A stretch of DNA of 64,000 nt. It comes from Eledone cirrhosa (Eukaryota). The position numbers were made by a program, and so were the translations under genes. Below are positions 25,101 to 43,100 of the stretch, piece by piece; positions within the stretch are counted from its first letter, which is position 1; every line of letters begins with the position of its first letter. Under the pieces are notes generated by a model, which searched no databases, was not told where the DNA came from, and was given only the letters and a program-made list of their open reading frames with translations. The stretch lies in NCBI GenBank assembly GCA_964016885.1, contig OZ024740.1, positions 421,600,001 through 421,664,000 of the forward strand, given 5' to 3'.

Positions 25101-28100
25101 GTGGATTAACTTAGATATGTGTGTCATATTAAACCTAAATAGAAAGGTGGATTAACATAGATATATGTGTCATATTAAACCTACATAGAAAGGTGAATTA
25201 ACATAGATATATGTGTCATATTAAACCTACATAGAAAGGTGGATTAACTTAGATATATGTGTCATATTAAACCAACATAGAAAGGTGGATTAACATAGAT
25301 ATATGTGTCATATTAAACCTACATAGAAAGGTGGATTAACTTAGATATATGTGTCATATTAAACCTACATAGAAAGGTGGATTAACTTAGATATATGTGT
25401 CATATTAAACCTACATAGAAAGATGAATGAACTTAGATATATGTGTCATATTAAACCTACATAGAAAGGTGAATTAACTTAGATATATGTGTCATATTAA
25501 ACCTACATAGAAAGGTGAATTAACTTAGATATATGTGTAATATTAAACCTACATAGAAAGGTGGATTAACTTAGATATGTGTGTCATATTAAACCTAAAT
25601 AGAAAGGTGGATTAACATAGATATATGTGTCATATTAAACCTACATAGAAAGGTGAATTAACATAGATATATGTGTCATATTAAACCTACATAGAAAGGT
25701 GGATTAACTTAGATATATGTGTCATATTAAACCTACATAGAAAGGTGGATTAACTTAGATATATGTGTGTCATATTAAACCTACATAGAAAGATGAATGA
25801 ACTTAGATATATGTGTCATATTAAACCTTCATAGAAAGGTGGATTAACTTAGATATGTGTGTCATATTAAACCTAAATAGAAGGGTGGATTAACATAGAT
25901 ATATGTGTCATATTAAACCTACATAGAAAGCTGAATCAACTTAGATATATGTGTCATATTAAACCTACATAGAAAGGTGAATTAAGTTAGATATATGTGT
26001 CATATTAAACCTACATAGAAAGGTGGATTAACATAGATATATGTGTCATATTAAACCTACATAGAAAGGTGGATTAACATAGATATATGTGTCATATTAA
26101 ACCTACATAGAAAGGTGGATTAACTTAGATATGTATGTCATATTAAACCTACATAGAAAGGTGGATTAACATAGATATATGTGTCATATTAAACCTACAT
26201 AGAAAGGTGGAGTAACATAGATATATGTGTCATATTAAACCTACATAGAAAGGTGGAGTAACATAGATATATGTGTCATATTAAACCTACATAGAAAGGT
26301 GGATTAACATAGATATATGTGTCATATTAAACGTTCATAGAAAGGTGGATTAACTTAGATATGTGTGTCATATTAAACCTACATAGAAAGGTGGATTAAC
26401 TTAGATATATGTGTCATATTAAACCTACATAGAAAGATGAATGAACTTAGATATATGTGTCATATTAAACCTACATAGAAAGGTGAATTAACTTAGATAT
26501 ATGTGTCATATTAAACCTACATAGAAAGGTGAATTAACTTAGATATATGTGTCATATTAAACCTACATAGAAAGGTGGATTAACTTAGATATGTGTGTCA
26601 TATTAAACCTAAATAGAAAGGTGGATTAACATAGATATATGTGTCATATTAAACCTACATAGAAAGGTGAATTAACATAGATATATGTGTCATATTAAAC
26701 CTACATAGAAAGGTGGATTAACTTAGATATATGTGTCATATTAAACCAACATAGAAAGGTGGATTAACATAGATATATGTGTCATATTAAACCTACATAG
26801 AAAGGTGGATTAATTTAGATATATGTGTCATATTAAACCTACATAGAAAGGTGGATTAACTTAGATATATGTGTCATATTAAACCTACATAGAAAGATGA
26901 ATGAACTTAGATATATGTGTCATATTAAACCTACATAGAAAGGTGAATTAACTTAGATATATGTGTCATATTAAACCTACATAGAAAGGTGAATTAACTT
27001 AGATATATGTGTCATATTAAACCTACATAGAAAGGTGGATTAACTTAGATATGTGTGTCATATTAAACCTAAATAGAAAGGTGGATTAACATAGATATAT
27101 GTGTCATATTAAACCTACATAGAAAGGTGAATTAACATAGATATATGTGTCATATTAAACCTACATAGAAAGGTGGATTAACTTAGATATATGTGTCATA
27201 TTAAACCAACATAGAAAGGTGGATTAACATAGATATATGTGTCATATTAAACCTACATAGAAAGGTGTATTAACTTAGATATATGTGTCATATTAAACCT
27301 ACATAGAAAGGTGGATTAACTTAGATATGTGTCATATCAAACCTACATAGAAAGGTGAATTAACTTAGATATATGTGTCATATTAAACCTACATAGAAAG
27401 GTGAATTAACTTAGATATATGTGTCACATTAAACCTACATAGAAAGGTGGATTAACATAGATATATGTGTCATATTAAACCTACATAGAAAGGTGAATTA
27501 ACTTAGATATATGTGTCATATTAAACCTACATAGAAAGGTGGATTAACATAGATATATGTGTCATATTAAACCTACATAGAAAGGTGAATTAACTTAGAT
27601 ATGTGTCATATTAAACCTTCATGGAAAGGTGGATTAACATAGATATATGTGTCATATTAAACCTACATAGAAAGGTGGATTAACATAGATATATGTGTCA
27701 TATTAAACCAACATAGAAAGGTGGATTAACATAGATATACGTGTCATATTAAACCTACATAGAAAGGTGAATTAACTTAGATATATGTGTCATATTAAAC
27801 CTACATAGAAAGGTGAATTAAGTTAGATATATGTGTCATATTAAACCTACATAGAAGGGTGGATTAACATAGATATATGTGTCATATTAAACCTACATAG
27901 AAAGCTGAATCAACTTAGATATATGTGTCATATTAAACCTACATAGAAAGGTGAATTAAGTTAGATATATGTGTCATATTAAACCTACATAGAAAGGTGA
28001 ATTAACTTAGATATATGTGTCATATTAAACCTACATAGAAAGGTGGATTAACATAGATATATGTGTCATATTAAACCTACATAGAAAGGTGAATTAACTT

Positions 28101-31100
28101 AGATATGTGTCATATTAAACCTTCATGGAAAGGTGGATTAACATAGATATATGTGTCATATTAAACCTACATAGAAAGGTGGATTAACATAGATATATGT
28201 GTCATATTAAACCAACATAGAAAGGTGGATTAACATAGATATACGTGTCATATTAAACCTACATAGAAAGGTGAATTAACTTAGATATATGTGTCATATT
28301 AAACCTACATAGAAAGGTGGATTAACATAGATATATGTGTCATATTAAACCTACATAGAAAGGTGGATTAACTTAGATATATGTGTCATATTAAACCTAC
28401 ATAGAAAGATGAATGAACTTAGATATATGTGTCATATTAAACCTACATAGAAAGGTGAATTAACTTAGATATATGTGTCATATTAAACCTACATAGAAAG
28501 GTGAATTAACTTAGATATATGTGTCATATTAAACCTACATAGAAAGGTGGATTAACTTAGATATGTGTGTCATATTAAACCTAAATAGAAAGGTGGATTA
28601 ACATAGATATATGTGTCATATTAAACCTACATAGAAAGGTGAATTAACATAGATATATGTGTCATATTAAACCTACATAGAAAGGTGGATTAACTTAGAT
28701 ATATGTGTCATATTAAACCAACATAGAAAGGTGGATTAACATAGATATATGTGTCATATTAAACCTACATAGAAAGGTGGATTAACTTAGATATATGTGT
28801 CATATTAAACCTACATAGAAAGGTGGATTAACTTAGATATATGTGTCATATTAAACCTACATAGAAAGATGAATGAACTTAGATATATGTGTCATATTAA
28901 ACCTACATAGAAAGGTGAATTAACTTAGATATATGTGTCATATTAAACCTACATAGAAAGGTGAATTAACTTAGATATATGTGTAATATTAAACCTACAT
29001 AGAAAGGTGGATTAACTTAGATATGTGTGTCATATTAAACCTAAATAGAAAGGTGGATTAACATAGATATATGTGTCATATTAAACCTACATAGAAAGGT
29101 GAATTAACATAGATATATGTGTCATATTAAACCTACATAGAAAGGTGGATTAACTTAGATATATGTGTCATATTAAACCTACATAGAAAGGTGGATTAAC
29201 TTAGATATATGTGTGTCATATTAAACCTACATAGAAAGATGAATGAACTTAGATATATGTGTCATATTAAACCTTCATAGAAAGGTGGATTAACTTAGAT
29301 ATGTGTGTCATATTAAACCTAAATAGAAGGGTGGATTAACATAGATATATGTGTCATATTAAACCTACATAGAAAGCTGAATCAACTTAGATATATGTGT
29401 CATATTAAACCTACATAGAAAGGTGAATTAAGTTAGATATATGTGTCATATTAAACCTACATAGAAAGGTGGATTAACATAGATATATGTGTCATATTAA
29501 ACCTACATAGAAAGGTGGATTAACATAGATATATGTGTCATATTAAACCTACATAGAAAGGTGGATTAACTTAGATATGTATGTCATATTAAACCTACAT
29601 AGAAAGGTGGATTAACATAGATATATGTGTCATATTAAACCTACATAGAAAGGTGGAGTAACATAGATATATGTGTCATATTAAACCTACATAGAAAGGT
29701 GGAGTAACATAGATATATGTGTCATATTAAACCTACATAGAAAGGTGGATTAACATAGATATATGTGTCATATTAAACGTTCATAGAAAGGTGGATTAAC
29801 TTAGATATGTGTGTCATATTAAACCTACATAGAAAGGTGGATTAACTTAGATATATGTGTCATATTAAACCTACATAGAAAGATGAATGAACTTAGATAT
29901 ATGTGTCATATTAAACCTACATAGAAAGGTGAATTAACTTAGATATATGTGTCATATTAAACCTACATAGAAAGGTGAATTAACTTAGATATATGTGTCA
30001 TATTAAACCTACATAGAAAGGTGGATTAACTTAGATATGTGTGTCATATTAAACCTAAATAGAAAGGTGGATTAACATAGATATATGTGTCATATTAAAC
30101 CTACATAGAAAGGTGAATTAACATAGATATATGTGTCATATTAAACCTACATAGAAAGGTGGATTAACTTAGATATATGTGTCATATTAAACCAACATAG
30201 AAAGGTGGATTAACATAGATATATGTGTCATATTAAACCTACATAGAAAGGTGGATTAATTTAGATATATGTGTCATATTAAACCTACATAGAAAGGTGG
30301 ATTAACTTAGATATATGTGTCATATTAAACCTACATAGAAAGATGAATGAACTTAGATATATGTGTCATATTAAACCTACATAGAAAGGTGAATTAACTT
30401 AGATATATGTGTCATATTAAACCTACATAGAAAGGTGAATTAACTTAGATATATGTGTCATATTAAACCTACATAGAAAGGTGGATTAACTTAGATATGT
30501 GTGTCATATTAAACCTAAATAGAAAGGTGGATTAACATAGATATATGTGTCATATTAAACCTACATAGAAAGGTGAATTAACATAGATATATGTGTCATA
30601 TTAAACCTACATAGAAAGGTGGATTAACTTAGATATATGTGTCATATTAAACCAACATAGAAAGGTGGATTAACATAGATATATGTGTCATATTAAACCT
30701 ACATAGAAAGGTGTATTAACTTAGATATATGTGTCATATTAAACCTACATAGAAAGGTGGATTAACTTAGATATGTGTCATATCAAACCTACATAGAAAG
30801 GTGAATTAACTTAGATATATGTGTCATATTAAACCTACATAGAAAGGTGAATTAACTTAGATATATGTGTCACATTAAACCTACATAGAAAGGTGGATTA
30901 ACATAGATATATGTGTCATATTAAACCTACATAGAAAGGTGAATTAACTTAGATATATGTGTCATATTAAACCTACATAGAAAGGTGGATTAACATAGAT
31001 ATATGTGTCATATTAAACCTACATAGAAAGGTGAATTAACTTAGATATGTGTCATATTAAACCTTCATGGAAAGGTGGATTAACATAGATATATGTGTCA

Positions 31101-34100
31101 TATTAAACCTACATAGAAAGGTGGATTAACATAGATATATGTGTCATATTAAACCAACATAGAAAGGTGGATTAACATAGATATACGTGTCATATTAAAC
31201 CTACATAGAAAGGTGAATTAACTTAGATATATGTGTCATATTAAACCTACATAGAAAGGTGGATTAACATAGATATATGTGTCATATTAAACCTACATAG
31301 AAAGGTGGATTAACTTAGATATATGTGTCATATTAAACCTACATAGAAAGATGAATGAACTTAGATATATGTGTCATATTAAACCTACATAGAAAGGTGA
31401 ATTAACTTAGATATATGTGTCATATTAAACCTACATAGAAAGGTGAATTAACTTAGATATATGTGTCATATTAAACCTACATAGAAAGGTGGATTAACTT
31501 AGATATGTGTGTCATATTAAACCTAAATAGAAAGGTGGATTAACATAGATATATGTGTCATATTAAACCTACATAGAAAGGTGAATTAACATAGATATAT
31601 GTGTCATATTAAACCTACATAGAAAGGTGGATTAACTTAGATATATGTGTCATATTAAACCAACATAGAAAGGTGGATTAACATAGATATATGTGTCATA
31701 TTAAACCTACATAGAAAGGTGGATTAACTTAGATATATGTGTCATATTAAACCTACATAGAAAGGTGGATTAACTTAGATATGTGTCATATCAAACCTAC
31801 ATAGAAAGGTGAATTAACTTAGATATATGTGTCATATTAAACCTACATAGAAAGGTGAATTAACTTAGATATATGTGTCACATTAAACCTACATAGAAAG
31901 GTGGATTAACATAGATATATGTGTCATATTAAACCTACATAGAAAGGTGAATTAACTTAGATATATGTGTCATATTAAACCTACATTGAAAGGTGGATTA
32001 ACATAGATATATGTGTCATATTAAACCTACATAGAAAGGTGAATTAACTTAGATATGTGTCATATTAAACCTTCATGGAAAGGTGGATTAACATAGATAT
32101 ATGTGTCATATTAAACCTACATAGAAAGGTGGATTAACATAGATATATGTGTCATATTAAACCAACATAGAAAGGTGGATTAACATAGATATACGTGTCA
32201 TATTAAACCTACATAGAAAGGTGAATTAACTTAGATATATGTGTCATATTAAACCTACATAGAAAGGTGGATTAACATAGATATATGTGTCATATTAAAC
32301 CTACATAGAAAGGTGGATTAACTTAGATATATGTGTCATATTAAACCTACATAGAAAGATGAATGAACTTAGATATATGTGTCATATTAAACCTACATAG
32401 AAAGGTGAATTAACTTAGATATATGTGTCATATTAAACCTACATAGAAAGGTGAATTAACTTAGATATATGTGTCATATTAAACCTACATAGAAAGGTGG
32501 ATTAACTTAGATATGTGTGTCATATTAAACCTAAATAGAAAGGTGGATTAACATAGATATATGTGTCATATTAAACCTACATAGAAAGGTGAATTAACAT
32601 AGATATATGTGTCATATTAAACCTACATAGAAAGGTGGATTAACTTAGATATATGTGTCATATTAAACCAACATAGAAAGGTGGATTAACATAGATATAT
32701 GTGTCATATTAAACCTACATAGAAAGGTGGATTAACTTAGATATATGTGTCATATTAAACCTACATAGAAAGGTGGATTAACTTAGATATATGTGTCATA
32801 TTAAACCTACATAGAAAGATGAATAAACTTAGATATATGTGTCATATTAAACCTACATAGAAAGGTGAATTAACTTAGATATATGTGTCATATTAAACCT
32901 ACATAGAAAGGTGAATTAACTTAGATATATGTGTAATATTAAACCTACATAGAAAGGTGGATTAACTTAGATATGTGTGTCATATTAAACCTAAATAGAA
33001 AGGTGGATTAACATAGATATATGTGTCATATTAAACCTACATAGAAAGGTGAATTAACATAGATATATGTGTCATATTAAACCTACATAGAAAGGTGGAT
33101 TAACTTAGATATATGTGTCATATTAAACCTACATAGAAAGGTGGATTAACTTAGATATATGTGTGTCATATTAAACCTACATAGAAAGATGAATGAACTT
33201 AGATATATGTGTCATATTAAACCTTCATAGAAAGGTGGATTAACTTAGATATGTGTGTCATATTAAACCTAAATAGAAGGGTGGATTAACATAGATATAT
33301 GTGTCATATTAAACCTACATAGAAAGCTGAATCAACTTAGATATATGTGTCATATTAAACCTACATAGAAAGGTGAATTAAGTTAGATATATGTGTCATA
33401 TTAAACCTACATAGAAAGGTGGATTAACATAGATATATGTGTCATATTAAACCTACATAGAAAGGTGGATTAACTTAGATATGTGTGTCATATTAAACCT
33501 ACATAGAAAGGTGGATTAACATAGATATATGTGTCATATTAAACCTACATAGAAAGGTGGAGTAACATAGATATATGTGTCATATTAAACCTACATAGAA
33601 AGGTGGAGTAACATAGATATATGTGTCATATTAAACCTACATAGAAAGGTGGATTAACATAGATATATGTGTCATATTAAACGTTCATAGAAAGGTGGAT
33701 TAACTTAGATATGTGTGTCATATTAAACCTACATAGAAAGGTGGATTAACTTAGATATATGTGTCATATTAAACCTACATAGAAAGATGAATGAACTTAG
33801 ATATATGTGTCATATTAAACCTACATAGAAAGGTGAATTAACTTAGATATATGTGTCATATTAAACCTACATAGAAAGGTGAATTAACTTAGATATATGT
33901 GTAATATTAAACCTACATAGAAAGGTGGATTAACTTAGATATGTGTGTCATATTAAACCTAAATAGAAAGGTGGATTAACATAGATATATGTGTCATATT
34001 AAACCTACATAGAAAGGTGAATTAACATAGATATATGTGTCATATTAAACCTACATAGAAAGGTGGATTAACTTAGATATATGTGTCATATTAAACCTAC

Positions 34101-37100
34101 ATAGAAAGGTGGATTAACTTAGATATATGTGTGTCATATTAAACCTACATAGAAAGATGAATGAACTTAGATATATGTGTCATATTAAACCTTCATAGAA
34201 AGGTGGATTAACTTAGATATGTGTGTCATATTAAACCTAAATAGAAGGGTGGATTAACATAGATATATGTGTCATATTAAACCTACATAGAAAGCTGAAT
34301 CAACTTAGATATATGTGTCATATTAAACCTACATAGAAAGGTGAATTAAGTTAGATATATGTGTCATATTAAACCTACATAGAAAGGTGGATTAACATAG
34401 ATATATGTGTCATATTAAACCTACATAGAAAGGTGGATTAACTTAGATATGTGTGTCATATTAAACCTACATAGAAAGGTGGATTAACATAGATATATGT
34501 GTCATATTAAACCTACATAGAAAGGTGGAGTAACATAGATATATGTGTCATATTAAACCTACATAGAAAGGTGGAGTAACATAGATATATGTGTCATATT
34601 AAACCTACATAGAAAGGTGGATTAACATAGATATATGTGTCATATTAAACGTTCATAGAAAGGTGGATTAACTTAGATATGTGTGTCATATTAAACCTAC
34701 ATAGAAAGGTGGATTAACTTAGATATATGTGTCATATTAAACCTACATAGAAAGATGAATGAACTTAGATATATGTGTCATATTAAACCTACATAGAAAG
34801 GTGAATTAACTTAGATATATGTGTCATATTAAACCTACATAGAAAGGTGAATTAACTTAGATATATGTGTCATATTAAACCTACATAGAAAGGTGGATTA
34901 ACTTAGATATGTGTGTCATATTAAACCTAAATAGAAAGGTGGATTAACATAGATATATGTGTCATATTAAACCTACATAGAAAGGTGAATTAACATAGAT
35001 ATATGTGTCATATTAAACCTACATAGAAAGGTGGATTAACTTAGATATATGTGTCATATTAAACCAACATAGAAAGGTGGATTAACATAGATATATGTGT
35101 CATATTAAACCTACATAGAAAGGTGGATTAACTTAGATATATGTGTCATATTAAACCTACATAGAAAGGTGGATTAACTTAGATATATGTGTCATATTAA
35201 ACCTACATAGAAAGATGAATGAACTTAGATATATGTGTCATATTAAACCTACATAGAAAGGTGAATTAACTTAGATATATGTGTCATATTAAACCTACAT
35301 AGAAAGGTGAATTAACTTAGATATATGTGTCATATTAAACCTACATAGAAAGGTGGATTAACTTAGATATGTGTGTCATATTAAACCTAAATAGAAAGGT
35401 GGATTAACATAGATATATGTGTCATATTAAACCTACATAGAAAGGTGAATTAACATAGATATATGTGTCATATTAAACCTACATAGAAAGGTGGATTAAC
35501 TTAGATATATGTGTCATATTAAACCAACATAGAAAGGTGGATTAACATAGATATATGTGTCATATTAAACCTACATAGAAAGGTGGATTAACTTAGATAT
35601 ATGTGTCATATTAAACCTACATAGAAAGGTGGATTAACTTAGATATGTGTCATATCAAACCTACATAGAAAGGTGAATTAACTTAGATATATGTGTCATA
35701 TTAAACCTACATAGAAAGGTGAATTAACTTAGATATATGTGTCACATTAAACCTACATAGAAAGGTGGATTAACATAGATATATGTGTCATATTAAACCT
35801 ACATAGAAAGGTGAATTAACTTAGATATATGTGTCATATTAAACCTACATAGAAAGGTGGATTAACATAGATATATGTGTCATATTAAACCTACATAGAA
35901 AGGTGAATTAACTTAGATATGTGTCATATTAAACCTTCATGGAAAGGTGGATTAACATAGATATATGTGTCATATTAAACCTACATAGAAAGGTGGATTA
36001 ACATAGATATATGTGTCATATTAAACCAACATAGAAAGGTGGATTAACATAGATATACGTGTCATATTAAACCTACATAGAAAGGTGAATTAACTTAGAT
36101 ATATGTGTCATATTAAACCTACATAGAAAGGTGGATTAACATAGATATATGTGTCATATTAAACCTACATAGAAAGGTGGATTAACTTAGATATATGTGT
36201 CATATTAAACCTACATAGAAAGATGAATGAACTTAGATATATGTGTCATATTAAACTTACATAGAAAGGTGAATTAACTTAGATATATGTGTCATATTAA
36301 ACCTACATAGAAAGATGAATTAACTTAGATATATGTGTCATATTAAACCTACATAGAAAGGTGGATTAACTTAGATATGTGTGTCATATTAAACCTAAAT
36401 AGAAAGGTGGATTAACATAGATATATGTGTCATATTAAACCTACATAGAAAGGTGAATTAACATAGATATATGTGTCATATTAAACCTACATAGAAAGGT
36501 GGATTAACTTAGATATATGTGTCATATTAAACCAACATAGAAAGGTGGATTAACATAGATATATGTGTCATATTAAACCTACATAGAAAGGTGGATTAAC
36601 TTAGATATATGTGTCATATTAAACCTACATAGAAAGGTGGATTAACTTAGATATGTGTCATATCAAACCTACATAGAAAGGTGAATTAACTTAGATATAT
36701 GTGTCATATTAAACCTACATAGAAAGGTGAATTAACTTAGATATATGTGTCACATTAAACCTACATAGAAAGGTGGATTAACATAGATATATGTGTCATA
36801 TTAAACCTACATAGAAAGGTGAATTAACTTAGATATATGTGTCATATTAAACCTACATAGAAAGGTGGATTAACATAGATATATGTGTCATATTAAACCT
36901 ACATAGAAAGGTGAATTAACTTAGATATGTGTCATATTAAACCTTCATGGAAAGGTGGATTAACATAGATATATGTGTCATATTAAACCTACATAGAAAG
37001 GTGGATTAACATAGATATATGTGTCATATTAAACCAACATAGAAAGGTGGATTAACATAGATATACGTGTCATATTAAACCTACATAGAAAGGTGAATTA

Positions 37101-40100
37101 ACTTAGATATATGTGTCATATTAAACCTACATAGAAAGGTGGATTAACATAGATATATGTGTCATATTAAACCTACATAGAAAGGTGGATTAACTTAGAT
37201 ATATGTGTCATATTAAACCTACATAGAAAGATGAATGAACTTAGATATATGTGTCATATTAAACCTACATAGAAAGGTGAATTAACTTAGATATATGTGT
37301 CATATTAAACCTACATAGAAAGGTGAATTAACTTAGATATATGTGTCATATTAAACCTACATAGAAAGGTGGATTAACTTAGATATGTGTGTCATATTAA
37401 ACCTAAATAGAAAGGTGGATTAACATAGATATATGTGTCATATTAAACCTACATAGAAAGGTGAATTAACATAGATATATGTGTCATATTAAACCTACAT
37501 AGAAAGGTGGATTAACTTAGATATATGTGTCATATTAAACCAACATAGAAAGGTGGATTAACATAGATATATGTGTCATATTAAACCTACATAGAAAGGT
37601 GGATTAACTTAGATATATGTGTCATATTAAACCTACATAGAAAGGTGGATTAACTTAGATATGTGTCATATCAAACCTACATAGAAAGGTGAATTAACTT
37701 AGATATATGTGTCATATTAAACCTACATAGAAAGGTGAATTAACTTAGATATATGTGTCACATTAAACCTACATAGAAAGGTGGATTAACATAGATATAT
37801 GTGTCATATTAAACCTACATAGAAAGGTGAATTAACTTAGATATATGTGTCATATTAAACCTACATAGAAAGGTGGATTAACATAGATATATGTGTCATA
37901 TTAAACCTACATAGAAAGGTGAATTAACTTAGATATGTGTCATATTAAACCTTCATGGAAAGGTGGATTAACATAGATATATGTGTCATATTAAACCTAC
38001 ATAGAAAGGTGGATTAACATAGATATATGTGTCATATTAAACCAACATAGAAAGGTGGATTAACATAGATATACGTGTCATATTAAACCTACATAGAAAG
38101 GTGAATTAACTTAGATATATGTGTCATATTAAACCTACATAGAAAGGTGGATTAACATAGATATATGTGTCATATTAAACCTACATAGAAAGGTGGATTA
38201 ACTTAGATATATGTGTCATATTAAACCTACATAGAAAGATGAATGAACTTAGATATATGTGTCATATTAAACCTACATAGAAAGGTGAATTAACTTAGAT
38301 ATATGTGTCATATTAAACCTACATAGAAAGGTGAATTAACTTAGATATATGTGTCATATTAAACCTACATAGAAAGGTGGATTAACTTAGATATGTGTGT
38401 CATATTAAACCTAAATAGAAAGGTGGATTAACATAGATATATGTGTCATATTAAACCTACATAGAAAGGTGAATTAACATAGATATATGTGTCATATTAA
38501 ACCTACATAGAAAGGTGGATTAACTTAGATATATGTGTCATATTAAACCAACATAGAAAGGTGGATTAACATAGATATATGTGTCATATTAAACCTACAT
38601 AGAAAGGTGGATTAACTTAGATATATGTGTCATATTAAACCTACATAGAAAGGTGGATTAACTTAGATATATGTGTCATATTAAACCTACATAGAAAGAT
38701 GAATAAACTTAGATATATGTGTCATATTAAACCTACATAGAAAGGTGAATTAACTTAGATATATGTGTCATATTAAACCTACATAGAAAGGTGAATTAAC
38801 TTAGATATATGTGTAATATTAAACCTACATAGAAAGGTGGATTAACTTAGATATGTGTGTCATATTAAACCTAAATAGAAAGGTGGATTAACATAGATAT
38901 ATGTGTCATATTAAACCTACATAGAAAGGTGAATTAACATAGATATATGTGTCATATTAAACCTACATAGAAAGGTGGATTAACTTAGATATATGTGTCA
39001 TATTAAACCTACATAGAAAGGTGGATTAACTTAGATATATGTGTGTCATATTAAACCTACATAGAAAGATGAATGAACTTAGATATATGTGTCATATTAA
39101 ACCTTCATAGAAAGGTGGATTAACTTAGATATGTGTGTCATATTAAACCTAAATAGAAGGGTGGATTAACATAGATATATGTGTCATATTAAACCTACAT
39201 AGAAAGCTGAATCAACTTAGATATATGTGTCATATTAAACCTACATAGAAAGGTGAATTAAGTTAGATATATGTGTCATATTAAACCTACATAGAAAGGT
39301 GGATTAACATAGATATATGTGTCATATTAAACCTACATAGAAAGGTGGATTAACTTAGATATGTGTGTCATATTAAACCTACATAGAAAGGTGGATTAAC
39401 ATAGATATATGTGTCATATTAAACCTACATAGAAAGGTGGAGTAACATAGATATATGTGTCATATTAAACCTACATAGAAAGGTGGAGTAACATAGATAT
39501 ATGTGTCATATTAAACCTACATAGAAAGGTGGATTAACATAGATATATGTGTCATATTAAACGTTCATAGAAAGGTGGATTAACTTAGATATGTGTGTCA
39601 TATTAAACCTACATAGAAAGGTGGATTAACTTAGATATATGTGTCATATTAAACCTACATAGAAAGATGAATGAACTTAGATATATGTGTCATATTAAAC
39701 CTACATAGAAAGGTGAATTAACTTAGATATATGTGTCATATTAAACCTACATAGAAAGGTGAATTAACTTAGATATATGTGTAATATTAAACCTACATAG
39801 AAAGGTGGATTAACTTAGATATGTGTGTCATATTAAACCTAAATAGAAAGGTGGATTAACATAGATATATGTGTCATATTAAACCTACATAGAAAGGTGA
39901 ATTAACATAGATATATGTGTCATATTAAACCTACATAGAAAGGTGGATTAACTTAGATATATGTGTCATATTAAACCTACATAGAAAGGTGGATTAACTT
40001 AGATATATGTGTGTCATATTAAACCTACATAGAAAGATGAATGAACTTAGATATATGTGTCATATTAAACCTTCATAGAAAGGTGGATTAACTTAGATAT

Positions 40101-43100
40101 GTGTGTCATATTAAACCTAAATAGAAGGGTGGATTAACATAGATATATGTGTCATATTAAACCTACATAGAAAGCTGAATCAACTTAGATATATGTGTCA
40201 TATTAAACCTACATAGAAAGGTGAATTAAGTTAGATATATGTGTCATATTAAACCTACATAGAAAGGTGGATTAACATAGATATATGTGTCATATTAAAC
40301 CTACATAGAAAGGTGGATTAACTTAGATATGTGTGTCATATTAAACCTACATAGAAAGGTGGATTAACATAGATATATGTGTCATATTAAACCTACATAG
40401 AAAGGTGGAGTAACATAGATATATGTGTCATATTAAACCTACATAGAAAGGTGGAGTAACATAGATATATGTGTCATATTAAACCTACATAGAAAGGTGG
40501 ATTAACATAGATATATGTGTCATATTAAACGTTCATAGAAAGGTGGATTAACTTAGATATGTGTGTCATATTAAACCTACATAGAAAGGTGGATTAACTT
40601 AGATATATGTGTCATATTAAACCTACATAGAAAGATGAATGAACTTAGATATATGTGTCATATTAAACCTACATAGAAAGGTGAATTAACTTAGATATAT
40701 GTGTCATATTAAACCTACATAGAAAGGTGAATTAACTTAGATATATGTGTCATATTAAACCTACATAGAAAGGTGGATTAACTTAGATATGTGTGTCATA
40801 TTAAACCTAAATAGAAAGGTGGATTAACATAGATATATGTGTCATATTAAACCTACATAGAAAGGTGAATTAACATAGATATATGTGTCATATTAAACCT
40901 ACATAGAAAGGTGGATTAACTTAGATATATGTGTCATATTAAACCAACATAGAAAGGTGGATTAACATAGATATATGTGTCATATTAAACCTACATAGAA
41001 AGGTGGATTAACTTAGATATATGTGTCATATTAAACCTACATAGAAAGGTGGATTAACTTAGATATATGTGTCATATTAAACCTACATAGAAAGATGAAT
41101 GAACTTAGATATATGTGTCATATTAAACCTACATAGAAAGGTGAATTAACTTAGATATATGTGTCATATTAAACCTACATAGAAAGGTGAATTAACTTAG
41201 ATATATGTGTCATATTAAACCTACATAGAAAGGTGGATTAACTTAGATATGTGTGTCATATTAAACCTAAATAGAAAGGTGGATTAACATAGATATATGT
41301 GTCATATTAAACCTACATAGAAAGGTGAATTAACATAGATATATGTGTCATATTAAACCTACATAGAAAGGTGGATTAACTTAGATATATGTGTCATATT
41401 AAACCAACATAGAAAGGTGGATTAACATAGATATATGTGTCATATTAAACCTACATAGAAAGGTGGATTAACTTAGATATATGTGTCATATTAAACCTAC
41501 ATAGAAAGGTGGATTAACTTAGATATGTGTCATATCAAACCTACATAGAAAGGTGAATTAACTTAGATATATGTGTCATATTAAACCTACATAGAAAGGT
41601 GAATTAACTTAGATATATGTGTCACATTAAACCTACATAGAAAGGTGGATTAACATAGATATATGTGTCATATTAAACCTACATAGAAAGGTGAATTAAC
41701 TTAGATATATGTGTCATATTAAACCTACATAGAAAGGTGGATTAACATAGATATATGTGTCATATTAAACCTACATAGAAAGGTGAATTAACTTAGATAT
41801 GTGTCATATTAAACCTTCATGGAAAGGTGGATTAACATAGATATATGTGTCATATTAAACCTACATAGAAAGGTGGATTAACATAGATATATGTGTCATA
41901 TTAAACCAACATAGAAAGGTGGATTAACATAGATATACGTGTCATATTAAACCTACATAGAAAGGTGAATTAACTTAGATATATGTGTCATATTAAACCT
42001 ACATAGAAAGGTGGATTAACATAGATATATGTGTCATATTAAACCTACATAGAAAGGTGGATTAACTTAGATATATGTGTCATATTAAACCTACATAGAA
42101 AGATGAATGAACTTAGATATATGTGTCATATTAAACTTACATAGAAAGGTGAATTAACTTAGATATATGTGTCATATTAAACCTACATAGAAAGATGAAT
42201 TAACTTAGATATATGTGTCATATTAAACCTACATAGAAAGGTGGATTAACTTAGATATGTGTGTCATATTAAACCTAAATAGAAAGGTGGATTAACATAG
42301 ATATATGTGTCATATTAAACCTACATAGAAAGGTGAATTAACATAGATATATGTGTCATATTAAACCTACATAGAAAGGTGGATTAACTTAGATATATGT
42401 GTCATATTAAACCAACATAGAAAGGTGGATTAACATAGATATATGTGTCATATTAAACCTACATAGAAAGGTGGATTAACTTAGATATATGTGTCATATT
42501 AAACCTACATAGAAAGGTGGATTAACTTAGATATGTGTCATATCAAACCTACATAGAAAGGTGAATTAACTTAGATATATGTGTCATATTAAACCTACAT
42601 AGAAAGGTGAATTAACTTAGATATATGTGTCACATTAAACCTACATAGAAAGGTGGATTAACATAGATATATGTGTCATATTAAACCTACATAGAAAGGT
42701 GAATTAACTTAGATATATGTGTCATATTAAACCTACATAGAAAGGTGGATTAACATAGATATATGTGTCATATTAAACCTACATAGAAAGGTGAATTAAC
42801 TTAGATATGTGTCATATTAAACCTTCATGGAAAGGTGGATTAACATAGATATATGTGTCATATTAAACCTACATAGAAAGGTGGATTAACATAGATATAT
42901 GTGTCATATTAAACCAACATAGAAAGGTGGATTAACATAGATATACGTGTCATATTAAACCTACATAGAAAGGTGAATTAACTTAGATATATGTGTCATA
43001 TTAAACCTACATAGAAAGGTGGATTAACATAGATATATGTGTCATATTAAACCTACATAGAAAGGTGGATTAACTTAGATATATGTGTCATATTAAACCT